Part shown: piece after piece, positions 27,101 to 41,120 of the stretch
Numbering within the stretch: the stretch's first letter is position 1
How the letters are laid out: each line of letters begins with the position of its first letter
From: Selaginella moellendorffii
Taxonomy: Eukaryota; Plantae; Lycopodiophyta
Assembly: GCF_000143415.4 (NCBI RefSeq)
Contig: NW_003314274.1
Location: 208,794 to 272,793 of the forward strand
DNA length: 64,000 bases
Direction: 5' to 3'
Program-made: the position numbers and the translations under genes
The notes under the pieces: generated by a model
The model's input: the letters and a program-made list of their open reading frames with translations, nothing else
Database searches by the model: none
Told to the model about the DNA's origin: nothing

Positions 27101-28082
27101 CTCTAGGACTATTCTAATGTTACTTTATGTTTTTATTCCTTCCCTCTTTGGCTATATGCTCAAAAATTACTTTATGCTCTTGTTCTATATGCTTAGGAGT
27201 TCGGATTTATCTTTTTGTTTAATGCTTAAGGCCTTGAAACTTAAATTTTACTCTATGGTTATCCCATGGGAAATTACCATAGAGTATAGGGTGAAAACCA
27301 TGTGTGCTATTTTTAATATTAGAGAATTAGTTTCAACAAGTACTATCCAATGAGATTATGCAATGAGATTAGTTGGTTAATTTCATTGTATATGCAAAGA
27401 TGAAAATGAAGATTCAAGTGGATATATGTTAATTATTATGGCTTTGTATATGTCCTTGGGTATAAATTTTGGCATGCACCATTTTGTACCATATTGTATG
27501 AACTTATGTTTAGGCTCATAGGATGGATTTATGATGTACCATTTGCACAAACTTAAAGCATATTAGCAACTAAAAATTACATTTTGAGTGCCCATCCATG
27601 ACGATGGCCAGGGCAACAATGGCTTTGGTCTGCTCACCAAGCGCCATGTCATACTCACCCTTTCACGAACGGTGAACATGGCAGTCCAATGGATCCTGCT
27701 GAAGAGAGAGCTAACCAGCAAGGAGGCAGTTAGACAATTGGCCAGAATTTGGAAGCCCTCATTGGTGAGCACACAATGGAAAAAGCTTGTCAATGGTGTG
27801 CATACAAAAGTCCTTGACGAAGATCAACCTAACAAGCTAGAAGGCAAGCTAACATAAGCTATGCAGACCATGGAACTTGGATTGAGAAAAAGTAAAAGCT
27901 TTGCAATAAGGTAATGAAGAAGATGAACTCACCAACATTTTATTTTTGAGTGCAACTTCTGATTTACATTGACAATCCCTGAGTGAATTTCTACTAGCAG
28001 CCACTCATCAGCTCTTGCGCATACTACTGCTAGACTAAGGCAGGTCTTAGTCTAATCAGAATATTATCCTGATTGTTGTCAC

Positions 28083-28690
28083 CTACGCTTTTGTCATTGT
28101 TTGAATGATTGCCTTTAACACTTGTATCTCAGAATCCTTCCTGGTAAGATCTTCCTCTTTCTTCCTGAACTCCTCCAAATGCAGCTTGAAAACCTCTACA
28201 AACAACCCAAGCCTATTGTTGCAAACCAAAAACCAAAGATAACATACTTGTTGTGTTCTCAAGCTCTTGCAACACCTCCTGACAGTGAGCCTCAGCCGCT
28301 CGCTGCAGAGACTCGGCACGCTTCTTCTCTACCCGAGCCTGGCGCGCAGCAGCAATGGCAGAATCCAGCTCCTTCTCCAGCGCACGGATTCTCCTCTCCT
28401 GGGCCTATAGATGGGAAGGACAGACAAAACAGATCTCTACAAGAGAACTTCCTTCTTCGCGAGAATTACGATCGTACCACGGCACTGCGGGATTGACGAG
28501 CATTCGAGGCGGCATGCCCGAAAGCCTCCTCGTCCATGTACACGGCCTTGTGCAGCAGGAATCCCGAGAGCGATTCCACAACGTCGCCAATCTGCGAGAC
28601 ATTGCTCAGCGCCGCGGACCATCGATCCGACCCCGCCACCGCCGCTGGCTCCACATTGTGAACTCCTCCAATTGAGCCCTCCAGAGACAT
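28083..28690 (-). CDS. Conserved-looking plant coiled-coil protein, 3 exons (28690-28478, 28404-28248, 28195-28083)
   Basis: GT-AG introns join in frame to give MSLEG...WSAALSNVSQIG..LLHKAVYMDEEAF..AQERRIRALEKELDSAI..ELENTTKVFKLHLEEFRKKEE..IIQTMTKA*. Confidence 0.85.
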
Positions 28691-28767
28691 TACTACAAAC
28701 CCTAAATCCAAATGCCACGATGGCTTATCCATGTCATGACACGAGGAATAGGCAAGGATGTCCACGT

Positions 28768-30346
28768 CTACGCCCAAAGAGCCAGAGATGACATTGCTAG
28801 CGCGCCTGTGAACAAAGCCAAGTAGGACATGAGCTGCAAGCGGCGGTCACACCTCATCCTCTTGCTAATGAAATCGGCTGCTATCAAATCTACCAGCGAC
28901 ATGTACACGAGAATACCCGCCGAGACCGAGTTAAAGAAGCCTTCCATGATGAGAGCCTTGGGACTGTTGGCCTTGTAAATCTCCGATATCCCCATGCCCA
29001 TTCCAATGCCGAGCGGTGTCGTGACCGAGAAGAAGAACGCCATGCAAGAGCTCGACCACGACTTGAAACCGGCCTGCCAACCAAAATACAAAAGCTCACT
29101 TAACAGAAAGATTGATCTCACACTCACCTGAGAAATGCAGCCACCGAGAGCAAAGCCTTCGAAGAACTGGTGGAATGAGAGAGCCGCGAGCAGCGGTCTG
29201 ATTGTGCACGGACTCTGCGAAACTCCGAGAGATAAACCGATGATGACAGAGTGCGTAACGATCCCAAGCTCCAAAACCTTGCGAACAAAGTCACAATGTC
29301 ACAGAGTCACGAAAAAAGAGAAGGTGAGTACCTGCGAGATCACGACATGCCTGATAGTCGTGTGTTCGTCTTCGGGAGTTCCGTGAGCGTGGCCGACATG
29401 GCCGTGAGAGTGAGCGTGAGTCGAGTCCATGCACGAGTGGTGTCCCTCCGGATGGCTGTGCCTGTGAGACGAGGCGTGAGCTCTCATACCAACAATGTGC
29501 ATCTGGTTCGCTCGTTCACTGCTTCCACTGGCACCTCCATTCACTCCTCCGTGTTCCGGATCGCTGGAAGCAGCTGCGTAGATCGAGTCGTGCTCGCTGC
29601 CTATCGTCTCCGAGATTGCCTGCTTCTTACTGGCGTGCTTCTTCTCAAAGTACTCGGTCCCCGCAAAATCTACCACCAAAGTCCCCAGAGCTGCTATCAT
29701 CGCAATGAAGCCCGCAAACGGGAACTTCCTCCACGGAACCTCCGCGAGACACTGGTTTGTCAGCGCCTCCATTGCGTCGGGTAGTATGTGAACAAAACCG
29801 GTTGCCAGGATCACCCCTGCCGCCAGTGCCTTTGCGAGGAAAAAGACGTTCCCGTCTGGTCTTATCACCTTGAGCCGTCGACCAACGAGAGGCAACGCAA
29901 CTCCAAAAGCTCCGGCCACTAGAATCGCCACCATCGCCGCGGCCTTGAGCTTCAGCGCCTCGGGCTTGTTCCGGCAGTCGAACTCGGTCGCTGGGACGCA
30001 GCTCGCGTCGCCAACAGCCGCCATAGAAAAAAGTCCCCCTGGAGAAAACAAATGAAGTTCTTCAAACGAAGAGGCCAGTAGGTAAAATGGAAACGATGAG
30101 TTTAAGTACCAAGTAAAAATTCGTCAAGCACGCATTCTTTGTCAATCTTCCAGGAGAGGACCAGTTTTCCACTGGAGACGATCGAGCGAACCTAAAATCA
30201 GCGATCAGCCAGGCAACACAGAGAGGAAACAACACAGAGAGGAAATCTACAAAATCACTTAGATTTTGGGGATGAAAGCCTCCTCTCGGTTGATCAATAC
30301 CTGTCCAGAGCCGCGATCCGATTGTCAGCCATTCTAAGCTGTCCAT
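28768..30346 (-). CDS. ZIP-family Zn/Fe transporter (ZIP4/IRT3-like); exons ~30346-30301, 30038-29332, 29277-29128, 29073-28768
   Basis: [15 protein letters not shown], His-rich loop ([17 protein letters not shown]), [35 protein letters not shown] introns. First exon less certain. Confidence 0.95.
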
Positions 30347-30646
30347 CTTGCAAGAAAGAAGAGCTGTGGATCGATTCACGGGATAGAACGCCCACCCTAG
30401 GGACAAATCATCGATTCAACAGGAGCATGGTGAGATTTCGAAAAGACTAACCGGAGCGCTCCTCGAGAAAGCTCGAATTTCTCTTCGACGTGACGCCTTT
30501 AGCTAGATAGGTCAATGCGGCACGATAGAATATTCTCTCCTTCCCGTTTACACCAAAATCGTGACTGAATATGTCTGACGGATATTCTGTCACCTCGTCA
30601 TTTTAGGGTTTATCGTTTATCGCGAGTGGAGCATCGGCCAGAAAAA
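30347..30646. promoter_or_regulatory. Probable bidirectional promoter with a telo-box-like TTTAGGGTTT at ~30602
   Basis: Only 300 bp separate the two divergent start codons. Confidence 0.55.
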
Positions 30647-33600
30647 ATGGAGGATCGCGATGGCGATCTGGTCCGGGAAGATCCAGCAGCAGCAGAGACA
30701 TCGCCAGCAATGGATAATGGAGATCCAGCAGCGGGATTGGAAGGAAGAGGTAACGCAATCGCTTCCAAGAGCACAGAGGAAGCGACGAGCTCGCTCCAGG
30801 CGAGCGATTCCTCGGCCAGGGCATTTGGATTCACCAGGATCGAGGAGCCGCTTGCTGTGGAAGGAAGAAGGTGCGAGCTGTGCGGTCGGGGTAGTGAGAC
30901 GATCGAAGAGCTTAATACCACGGCGATAGTCGCCGGTGGAGATAGCACTGTGGGAAGAGGTGGATTAGGACGATTGTTGGGGCCTATCTGTGACAAGATG
31001 GGCGTTGCCGCGGTGTGGATTCATCAGGAATGCGCAGTGTGGAGTCCCGAGGTGAGCATACATAGTAGTTTTTCTCAAAGAAATTTTTTTTTCTCTTGTT
31101 CATAGGTCTATTTCCTTGGTGTTGGATGCTTGAAAAACGTAAAAGCTGCTCTTCGACGAGGAAGATTTCTGAAATGCAGTCGCTGCAAGCAGCCCGGTGC
31201 CACGATCGGTTGTCGAGTTGCTCGCTGCCCTCGGACATATCATCTGGTAAGAACTTCTAGTATTTTGCAGCGATCATTGGTCGTTCCTCTCTCAGCCTTG
31301 CGCTCGACAATCTGGCTGCAGCTTCAACCACAAGCGCTACCTTATGTCCTGCGCCGAGCACGTGAAGCTGTTTCTTCTGCAAGACAAAAAGAGACTGCGG
31401 GAGTGCATGATCGACGACCAGCTTTCCAGAAAAAGCTTCAAAGAGACCAAAGTTGCGGAGAATGCCGAGGACGATGAGTTTCTGAAGCGTGAGAAGAAGA
31501 GACTGCATCGCGATCTTGCTCGGCTAGCTCCAGTAGTGCTCGGGGGTGATAGTTCAACGGCACAGGGTGATGCGTTTAGATACGAAGGCTGGGAATCTAT
31601 CGGTGGTCTCCGGAACGTAGTGCAGTGCTTGAAGGAGATGGTAACGCTGCCTTTGCTTTACCCGGACATCTTCCACAAAGTTGGGATAGTGCCACCTCGT
31701 GGGGTGCTTCTGCATGGTTACCCTGGTACAGGCAAGACACTTGTTGTGCGAGCTCTTCTAGGCGCTTGTGCTCGCGGCCAGCAGAAGATATCGTACTTTT
31801 CTCGGAAGGGAGCAGACTGCTTGGGAAAATACGTTGGCGACTCCGAGCGGCAGCTTCGCTTACTGTTTCAGCTAGCGGAGCAGTCTCAGCCTTCCATCAT
31901 CTTCTTCGACGAGATCGATGGACTTGCTCCGAAGCGAACGAGAAACCAGGATCAAACGCACAGCTCAGTTGTTTCCACGCTACTCGCCTTGATGGATGGT
32001 CTCAGCCCGAGGGGCTCGGTGGTGGTCATAGGGGCTACTAATCGTCCAGACTCCCTCGATCCAGCACTGAGGCGAGCTGGACGTTTCGACCGTGAGATAT
32101 TTTTTCCTCTGCCTTCGGTTGCGGATAGAGAAGCCATTTTGAGAGTCCATACGAAGACATGGAAGCACGGGCCTTCCCGTGAGGTGCTGTCACTAATGGC
32201 GAGATCCACAGTCGGGTTTGCTGGAGCGGACTTGCAAGCCTTGTGCGCGCAGGCTGCTATGGTGGCACTGAAGAGAACAGTCTGCCTTCAGGATCTTCTC
32301 AGCGTTCCGTCAAGAGAATCGACTGAACTTTTAGATTTGCATATTCAAGCGGAGGATTGGTTCGCTGCACTAGCTCAGGCTGGACCCCCATGCTCTCGAA
32401 GATTGCTCGGAAGTGCCTTGAGCGAGATACAAATCTCGCCACTGCCGCGGTATTTAGTTCCGGTCCTGCTAAGACCCGTTCTACGCGTCCTATCCCATCT
32501 CGAGTCCGACGGCAGGTTCTCGCTTCCTTTCCAGTTGCGAAAGCCGCTTGCTTTCGTCAAGGAAAAGAAGCTGGTTGATACTGCAACCTCGTGGTCGCCA
32601 GCGATATTGAAAGAGGTGGAGATAGCTTGTAAGGGAGCTGGGATAGTTGCTGGTGACGACTTTGAGGATGTGGATGGGAATATTGCCGTCGAAACGATAT
32701 TGATGAAAAAGTTGGGGAACGCCTGGAAGACGGACAGCCTGCGGATACTACTAACGGGCACTCCAGGAGATGGGAAGAGTTTGGTGGCAGCATCGATTCT
32801 ACACGTCTTTCAGTCTTGCATGCAGGTTTTTCTACTGAGCTTGCAAACTATGATCCAAGCAGGGTCAGGAGAAGTGTCGGAGGGGCTTATTCAGATTCTA
32901 AGTAAGTTTTTTTCTGGCATCATTATAACTGGACTTCACTTTATATTTTCAGGCGAGGCAAGAGCTGTTCCATCCGTCGTGTTTATGCCGAGAGTGGAGT
33001 CGTGGGCTTTGGAACAAGAGTGGGAAATTGGAAATGAAGAAGAAAAGTCTCTTGTTTCGTCTAGAGCGTGGGGAACCTTCTTGCAGCAAACTCGGTCATT
33101 ACCTTCAGATCGTCCTGTATTCTTTTTGGTAAGCCGCTCTGTGCTCGCTCTTGTGCTCATTGCAATGTCTGTTAATGCAGGCGACCTGTGACGACCAACA
33201 ACTTACGTCTGACGTTTTGAGTTTCTTCTCTGCTCCGACCTCGAGCTCAATGTCTACGCTAACACACCGTGCATGCGTCGAAGTTCAAGTGCCTACGGAG
33301 AGCGAAATCATGGAGGTTTTGGACCGTGCAGCGGATTCTCTCGCCCTTGATCTCTCAACAGCGACAAAGCAAACGTCTGTGACTGAAATAGAAACTATAG
33401 ATCCTCCAGAGACAACAAAAGAAGCGAGCATTGCTGCGAGCCAAAGCGGTCCTATTGCACCCCCTCCGGAACCAGCGAAACAACGGTGTCCAACTCTTGA
33501 CGCGGTTCGTCTCTGTGGTCACCAGCTTTTAAACTCTCCGCACTTCATGGCTATTCGACAAGCAACTCTGAGACTAAACGCCGGTCCGAGCCTATATCTC

Positions 33601-34423
33601 GAGAATCCTTACAGTGGACTCTGGGTGATGAAAACTGTCGAGAACGAAGAGGCAACACGAGGTGATACAGAAGAAGTGGCTCACGCTATTATCAACACCG
33701 ACGAGAAAGTGGACGAGAAAGTGGACAACAGCAGTAATGCCAACGAAAACGCACTGGAATCGGCTCGTAGACGCGCCCTTGAACCAGACACAGAAGAGAA
33801 TGGTCCAGACGACGCGAGCAGGACAGTACGAGGCCTCGATGCTGTGGCACTCAAGGCATGCAAAGGCTTTTACACAAGCGGTCTAGACATGAACTTGGAG
33901 CTCAAGTGTGTGATGGAGCTCCTCCGTGAGAAGCTGAACAGGAAATCGAGTAGAAGGAGCCAGTGGTTTCGTTATCAGCTTTTGGCTCAGGCCGGTGCTC
34001 TTCAAGATCTTATGGAGTGCTGGGTTCATGAGTTGAGACGGTATGCTCGTTTCTTTCGTTTTTTGGCTACTCACAGCTACTTTGTGTTGTAGGCTGGAAA
34101 GTCGTGACAGGAAGCCCAGATTGACGCAAGCTTCATCCGATGGTACTGTTCAAGAAGGCTCTGCAGATAGAAAGCTAGGTAGCTCAAGCAAGAGTGTGGC
34201 AAACCGGCGGAAAATGGGCAATTTGTCGCACCAGTCGCTTGAAAGCCTGAAAGCCACAGCCACGAAGCTTTTTGTCGATGTCTGGGATAAACAGGGGCGC
34301 AGTTTAATGGTGGATAAAGTCCATGACCTCGTCAGCGAAACGTCGGCCATGATATGTGGTGAGCTTAGGAAAAAGACTGATGTAGTTGCGGGACTTTCTT
34401 CCATAAGAAGCAAATGCTTATAA
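30647..34423 (+). CDS. BRP1: Extended-PHD finger + ATAD2-type AAA ATPase without bromodomain (BRP1/At3g15120-like), multi-exon
   Basis: WIHQECAVWSPEV|YF..LKCSRCKQPGATIGC..TYHL|PCA; Walker A GYPGTGKT, Walker B IFFDEIDG, SRH ATNRPD..ALRRAGRFDRE; degenerate second AAA (GTPGDGKS). ~50-nt GT-AG introns. Symbol from recall of the domain architecture. Confidence 0.88.
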
Positions 34424-34688
34424 CAAACTATAAACTCAGTTTTGCCTGCAAACCAAAGACAAAGTGTTAAGCATTTTTTTAATGCGAATTTGTGATTGAC
34501 AATTGGAAGGAAAAAGTTTATAGTGTCTGGCTACAAAGGCATCAATAAAATACAATGATATAAACTTTTAAAAGTTTAAATTTAAATCTTTAAAAGTTGC
34601 AAAATATTAATGTAGTGGGATTTTGATAGCTATCACATTAATTTCAATTTAGATTACTCATTCCTATATATAAATTAAGATTTTTAGG

Positions 34689-34732
<44 letters not shown>

Positions 34733-36440
34733 CATTTCCATATTCCATACACTTACATTAGTAGAAATGGGAGGTAATTTTGATTGTCTTGAGGAGTATT
34801 TAGATTTATACTTTTGATTTAGATCTAGCTTTTATATCATTTAAATATCTTTTTTTATATAGCTTATTAATCTATTCTCTTTTGTTTTTCTTGTTTTCAT
34901 TTATCTTCATGGCAAAATAGTAACCTCTTCCTTTTTGACTTTGGAGCAATAATTGGTGTAATTATTTGAGTTATGTGGTTGCAATTGAATAATCAAACTC
35001 AGTAAATAGAGCATTCATGATATATGGTACAATGCCTCCTCCTTTTATTGCTAATGGTTAGAGTTCTTTCGTAGGAATCTTGGGGATCATATATACAATT
35101 GATTTATTCACTTTATGGTAATTGTTACCTATCATTCTTATAATGACACTTAGCATTTGTATGTATTTCCTATATGTTTTAAAGAGATAGCTTTGCAATG
35201 GTACAATGGTTTGAAAGTAGCCACTCGTGTGAATTAGAGCATTTTCCTAGATGTCTATAAGTGCATATTTGGATATGCTAACGATTGTAAGGATGCCTTT
35301 TAATAATTGCATTGTTTTCATTAAAGGATATATGAGTGTCGCGAATGTGATTTCGGGTATTGAAAGATATTTGTTGGCCAGTCCTTATGGGCACTCTTTC
35401 CTTACTGCCATGACGGCAAAAGGTCAGTACTGCTGGTTCCCTTCAATAACCTTTTTTGTCCAAGTGTTAATTTACTGGGCTTAGCATCTGTACTTAGCCA
35501 AATGGACATAAGGTAGGAACTCCTATGTGTTTCTAGTTGAGCATTCTTGGCCTGGCTCTTAGTTTTCTTTTGCTCTGTCTTACACTGGCTTAGCAAGAAC
35601 CCTCACATATTGAGACTAGTCCCTCAATATCACTAGATGATAGTTTACCGTGTCTACCAAACACCTTCGCTATCACACCCTTTGTGTTGGTCTCATTTCA
35701 GTCGCAAATGCTATTTATGGAAAGTGCCTGGATTAGCTCATTTGGCATATCTACGGAATGTAAAGATCGGCCTGAACACAATGGTGTTCATCCCGTGTCC
35801 AAATTCGCAATCTAAGGACATTCTATATTTAATAAGTTTCGAGCTTGTCCCAGAGACTAACTCTTGGTACTAAAAGAGGCTTGGGGTGAAAGCCCAAAGC
35901 GTGTGTTCCTCAAGGGGGGGGGGCTATGGGGGGTTCCAAATGTATAGTAGGGATAGTGGTTGGAATGCATGTCTGACCTAAGACATTAGTTTGGCTTTTG
36001 CTAGGCTGTGTTGCTCCTTGTTTTGCATCTGGCTTGGGTCTAAGCCCAAGCTCCACACTGCTCTAGTCGGTGGGGTACCCTCCTCCTCGCGTTAGGCCAC
36101 CGGTATGCCAAAATTGTGCCAGACTCTGTTTGACACCATTTTGAGTGCAGGTGCTGGATATGGGGAGCTAGTGCTCGTGGGATTGTACCGGACCCTCGTT
36201 TCGTAGTGCAACGGGCTTAAAGTTCGGCTCCAAATTCAGGTGCGCTACATTTGGTATCAGAGGAATTGTCTCAGCGATTCCTATCCAACTTTTGTCAGAT
36301 TTTCTGACTCAAGTTGCATACGCAGAGACTTTTCTAGTAGATCCGAAGCGACCTGTATAGGATTAGTTGGATTGCACCATTTGGTAAGAATGTTATATGC
36401 ATGTTCAGTTACTGATAGAGGCATGCATGCAGCTAGCAGG

Positions 36441-39400
36441 ATGGTGAAGAGGAACCGTGCTGATGACGCTAAAACCTCTAGACAGGCGAATCGAGAGGAG
36501 GAAACTCCTGCTAGAGATGCTGCGGAAGAGGCTGAGGCCAAGTCAGAAGAGGAAGAGCTGAATGCTGTAGTGTTGCAGCGTACGGCTCAGGAAGTTGAGA
36601 TCGAGAATTTGCGAAGGGAGATTTGCAAATTGAAGAAGGAGAACAAGAAGAGGAAGAAAGAGGCTGAGGCAGCTAAACCAGCTAAGCCTAAGCAACCGGA
36701 CTCCTCTTCAAGTTCTGAGGACGATGAAGTTCTGCAGCCGCCCCCGGTTGCATGAGTTTCAAAGTTCAACCCTCCGAAACCACCCAACTTCAGAGGTATG
36801 CGGAACTATCAGGTTTTGGAAGACTAGGTCTACGATATGGAGAACTACTTTATAGCAGCAGACGTAGATGATCATACAAAAGTTGTGTGCGCGCAATCCT
36901 TTCTCACTGATCATGCCAAAACTTGGTGGCACCAAGTGTGTGCTGAAAAAGGGCAGACTAGAAGTTGGATCAAGATGTGGTCTCGTATCCGTAAGGAATA
37001 CTTACCGGATGATCTTGGTCTGAGACTTCGCGTAGAGCTGTGGCGGTTAAAGTAGCAAGGGGATCTCATGCATTATGTTAATGCGTTTGCTTAGAAGTGC
37101 ATTATGATTGCAAATATGAGTGACGAAGATGCTCAGAGTTATTTCCTGGAGGGTTTAAGTTCACTTTCTCACAATGAAATTTTGAAGTTTAAGCCAAAGA
37201 CGTACCTGGAGTGTAAGGAGGCTGCGCAACAAGTTGCCTTTAGTCACTCACTCATTGAACAATATCAACAACCATATGCTGGTAACTTGGATAAGAATAA
37301 AAATTCTGAGAATAAACAACATGATCAAAAACAAAGGGTGGAAAGTAGGTTCTGCCCTGGACACTCACAAGCAACGGTTAACAAAGGTGGTGGTGGTTGG
37401 AGACCACCAGCAGCTTCTTCTAGTCCTAGGCCCTCGGTTCCTCCTCCTAGTGGGTACAAGCAGCAACAACCTGCAAAACTTGCTCCTAGCGGAACAGGTA
37501 GTATGGGTCATTGCTTCCATTGTGGAGAGTCGGGACATAGGTCCTCAGAATGTCCCAACAAGCATAAGACAAGGTCTCGGGTTAATGTCATGAGGGAAGA
37601 CGGTGGTGGTGAAGCTGAAGGGGTTGACGAGTTGGTCAATGCAAACTATGAGGAAGAAGAGGTGAGTAACTTTTGTTACTTTCCTCAAGCTTTTCTTGCA
37701 GTCAATGCAAACACTGATCCGTTGATGTATCTGGTAGGCTTTGTCCGTGGACACCGAATCCGAGTGATGATTGACATGAGAGCTACACATAGCGTGATAT
37801 CCAAAGACTTAGTTAAGTTGTTAGGATTGAATGTTGAGCAAATGTCGCCTATGCACTTCTGGTTTGCGGAAGGTGGGCAAGTAGCCAAAAAGGTTGTGAG
37901 TGATGTTCCAATAAAGATATCCAAGTGAAAAGAAAAAGTGGACTTGGTAGTGTTGAAGATACTAGATTTTCAGATGGTGTTTGGTATGGATTTCTTCAAC
38001 AAGTATATAAAAGGGATTTATGGTGCTGGACAAAGTCGTATCACGTTGAAGTCAGAAGGACGCCCTAATGTATCCTTTCAGTTGCAAAAGCATTCCTCAA
38101 AGGATTGGGATGCAAAGTTCCTGATTGCGAGGGCCGCTCAAAAAGCAGCTAAGAGGGGATGTCGGACCTTTTGGGTTCAAGTGATGGAAGCTGAGAGTGT
38201 TGGTGACTCAGTTCGAATCTTTGACAGAGTTGATCCTGTACTAAAGAGGATATTGGAGTTGTTGGCGAGGAATCAGGATATCTTTCTGAAGGATTTGCCA
38301 CCAAGGCTACCTCCTAGCCATGAGGTTGATCATCGGATTGAGGTTATTCCGGGTTCTAAACCACCTACAAAAGCTCTATATCGGTTGAACATCAAGGAGA
38401 TGGCTGAACTCAAGAAACAACTCACAAAGCTTTTTGACAAAGGTCATATCCAACCAAGCAAGTCACCTTATGGAGCGTCGGTCCTTTTTGTTATGAAAAA
38501 GGATGGAACCATAAGGATGTGTATTGACTATCGGGCACTCAACAAGATCACGGTTAAAAACAGTTATCCTTTGCCTTGCATTGATGACTTGTTTGACCAA
38601 CTCTTAAAGGCTAAGTATTTTATACGACTTGATTTGCGGTCTGGGTATCATCAGATACAGGTGGCAGATCAGGATGTGAAGAAGACAGCCTTTAAGACTC
38701 GGTATGGATCTTATGAGTTACTTGTCATGCCGTTCAGGTTATGCAATGCTCCGGCAACGTTTAGCACTATGATAGATAGAATATTCGGAGATTATCTGGA
38801 CACATTTGTTGTCCTACATATCGATGATGTTCTAGTCTTCAGCGAAACGTTGGAAGATCATTTGAAACACTTGGAGCTAGTGTTTCAAAAGTTACGCAAA
38901 CACAAACTGTATGCTAAGGAAAGTAAGTGCGCTTTTGGACAATTGCGCGTAAACTTTCTCGGACATATAGTTGGTGGTGGCGTGATTGAAGTCAATCTAA
39001 AGAAGGTGGAAGCAGTGAAGTCCTGGGAAGTCCCGACCACTGTATCAGATGTTCGTTCCTTTCTCGGTTTGGCAGGATACTATCGCAAGTTTGTCCGCAA
39101 TTTTGCAAGAATTTCTCTTCTGTTGACTGAGTTGACGAAGAGTAGTATTCCGTTTCATTGGACACCAGCTTGTCAGTGTGCTTTTGTATGGTTGAAGGAG
39201 ATCTTGACTACGGTTCCTATTCTTAGGATCCTAGATCTTGATAAACCCTTCGAAGTGCATTGTGATGCGTCTGGCTATGCTATCAGTGCCATGTTGCAGC
39301 AAGATTGTGACAAAGCGGTTGGTGTTACGCTAAGGCGACATGGTTGTCCCGTTACGTTCTATTCCAAGAAATTGGATGAGACCCAACGAAGATGGCCAAC

Positions 39401-41120
39401 ACATGAGAAAGAGATGTTTGCTATAGTGTCAACCCTGGAATACTGGAGACACTACTTGGGTGAACATACCAAGGTTTAGACGGATAATAACACACTAAGC
39501 TACTTTGCTATGCAGCCTAAGCTTATGCCGAAGTAGGCTCGTTGGCAAGAGAAGCTTGCTAGATATGATATTGAAATCATATATAAACCTGGTAAAAACA
39601 ATATTGTTCCGGATGCGTTGAATCGTCAAGCTCAATTCCGGGCAATATCGGCAATTAGTTCGGACTGGTTGGAGGTTGTTCGGGCTTCGTATGGAAGTGA
39701 TCCATTGGCAAAGGCAATCTTATGCCGTGCAAGGTTGTTGAAGTAGTGCCCTGGTAGTGAAGCAGCGAAAGTTGCTAGTCACACTAATGCGAAGTTTCAC
39801 TTCTCAGTTCGGGATGGGCTTATATTCTATAAGCATAAAAGATTGTATCAGGATTTGCAGCAGTTATTTCTGCGGGAACATCATGATGTTCCAGCAGCGG
39901 GACATGGTGGACAGCGAAAGACTTTAACTTCATTGAAAAAGGGATTTTTCTGGTCTGGTATGGAAGGTGATGTAGCGGACTATGTCCGTTCCTACCCTAT
40001 ATGCCGGCAATGTAAGTGCAGAACTGAGAAGCAAGCTGGGAAGTTGCAATGCATTCCAGCACCGGCATGGCCATTTCAAAGTGTGACACTTGATTTCGTC
40101 ACTTACTTGCCGAAGTTTAAGGGTTATGATACTTTGATGGTGGTTGTGGATCGGTTGTCGAAGATTGCACACTTCATTCCAACTATGGGAACAGTGAATG
40201 CGAAACAAGCAGCAAAGCTCTTTTTCCATGAAGTAGTGTGGGTTCGTGGTCTTCCTGAAGAGATGATTTCGGATAGAGATTCAAGGTTTACGGGGAAGTT
40301 TTGGGGCACATTGTTCCAATTGTTTGGTACCAAGTTAAAGTTTAGTACGGCTTATCATCCTCAGACTGATGGGCAAACCGAACATGTGAATGCTCAAGTT
40401 GAGGATTATTTGCGGCACTATGTCGCGGCAGACCAATGCGACTGGGTTGAGCATTTAAATACAGCAGAAATATGTTATAACAACACATTTCACAGCGCTA
40501 TAGGCTGTTCTCCATGAGAGATGCTGCAAGGAAATGCTTGTGGGGTTCCTCAACAGATCGTTGTACCAAAACCAATGACTGAAGTGTTGGTCCCAGCCGT
40601 TGAAACTTTAGCGGAGCAGCTATGCCAAGGTTGGTCTAGAGCTATTGAGGCGATGAGCAAAGCTCAAGATAGATATCGACGTGATAAGGATCAACATCAT
40701 CGGGATGTATCCTATCAAGTGGGAAATCAGGTGTGGCTATCTTCCTGGAACTTGACCATTAAGGGTTCTCTGTCTCGGAAGCTCTTGCCGAGATATATTA
40801 GACCCTATCGGGTGTTAAAACGCATTGGTGATGTATCTTATAAGTTAGATCTTCCGGATGAGTTATCTTAGCTACATGATGTGTTTCATGTCAGTTTACT
40901 GGCACCATATCTTGCTGCTGTGGAACGCTCTACGGATATGCGTCCTCCGCCAGTAATCGTGGATGGTTAACCTGAGTATGAAGCTGAATCTATCTTGGAT
41001 TCTCGATTTCGGAGACGGGCTTATGCGAAGGAATATCTAGTTAAGTGGAAAGGTTACCCGACTTGTGAATCAACTTGGGAACCTCTTAGGAATCTTACAC
41101 ATGCTCGTGAGCTTATGAGA
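36441..41120 (+). pseudogene. gag-pol with premature stops (Gag CCHC, PR, RT, RNase H, IN, chromodomain)
   Basis: CFHCGESGHRSSEC; MIDMRATHS; IDYRALNK, HIDD (YIDD mutated), CDASGYAI; HHDVPAAGHGG, SDRDSRF, QTDGQTE; EYLVKWKGYPTCESTWEP. Many in-frame stops. Confidence 0.95.

Noticed and set aside
28031-28054. Small hairpin TAGACTAAG-N6-CTTAGTCTA downstream of the coiled-coil gene
   Set aside because: A single 9-bp stem is compatible with chance; intrinsic terminators are not expected for Pol II genes.
30347-30646. Zinc-deficiency response element (RTGTCGACAY) upstream of the ZIP gene
   Set aside because: No exact match; ATGTCTGAC at ~30571 is only partial.
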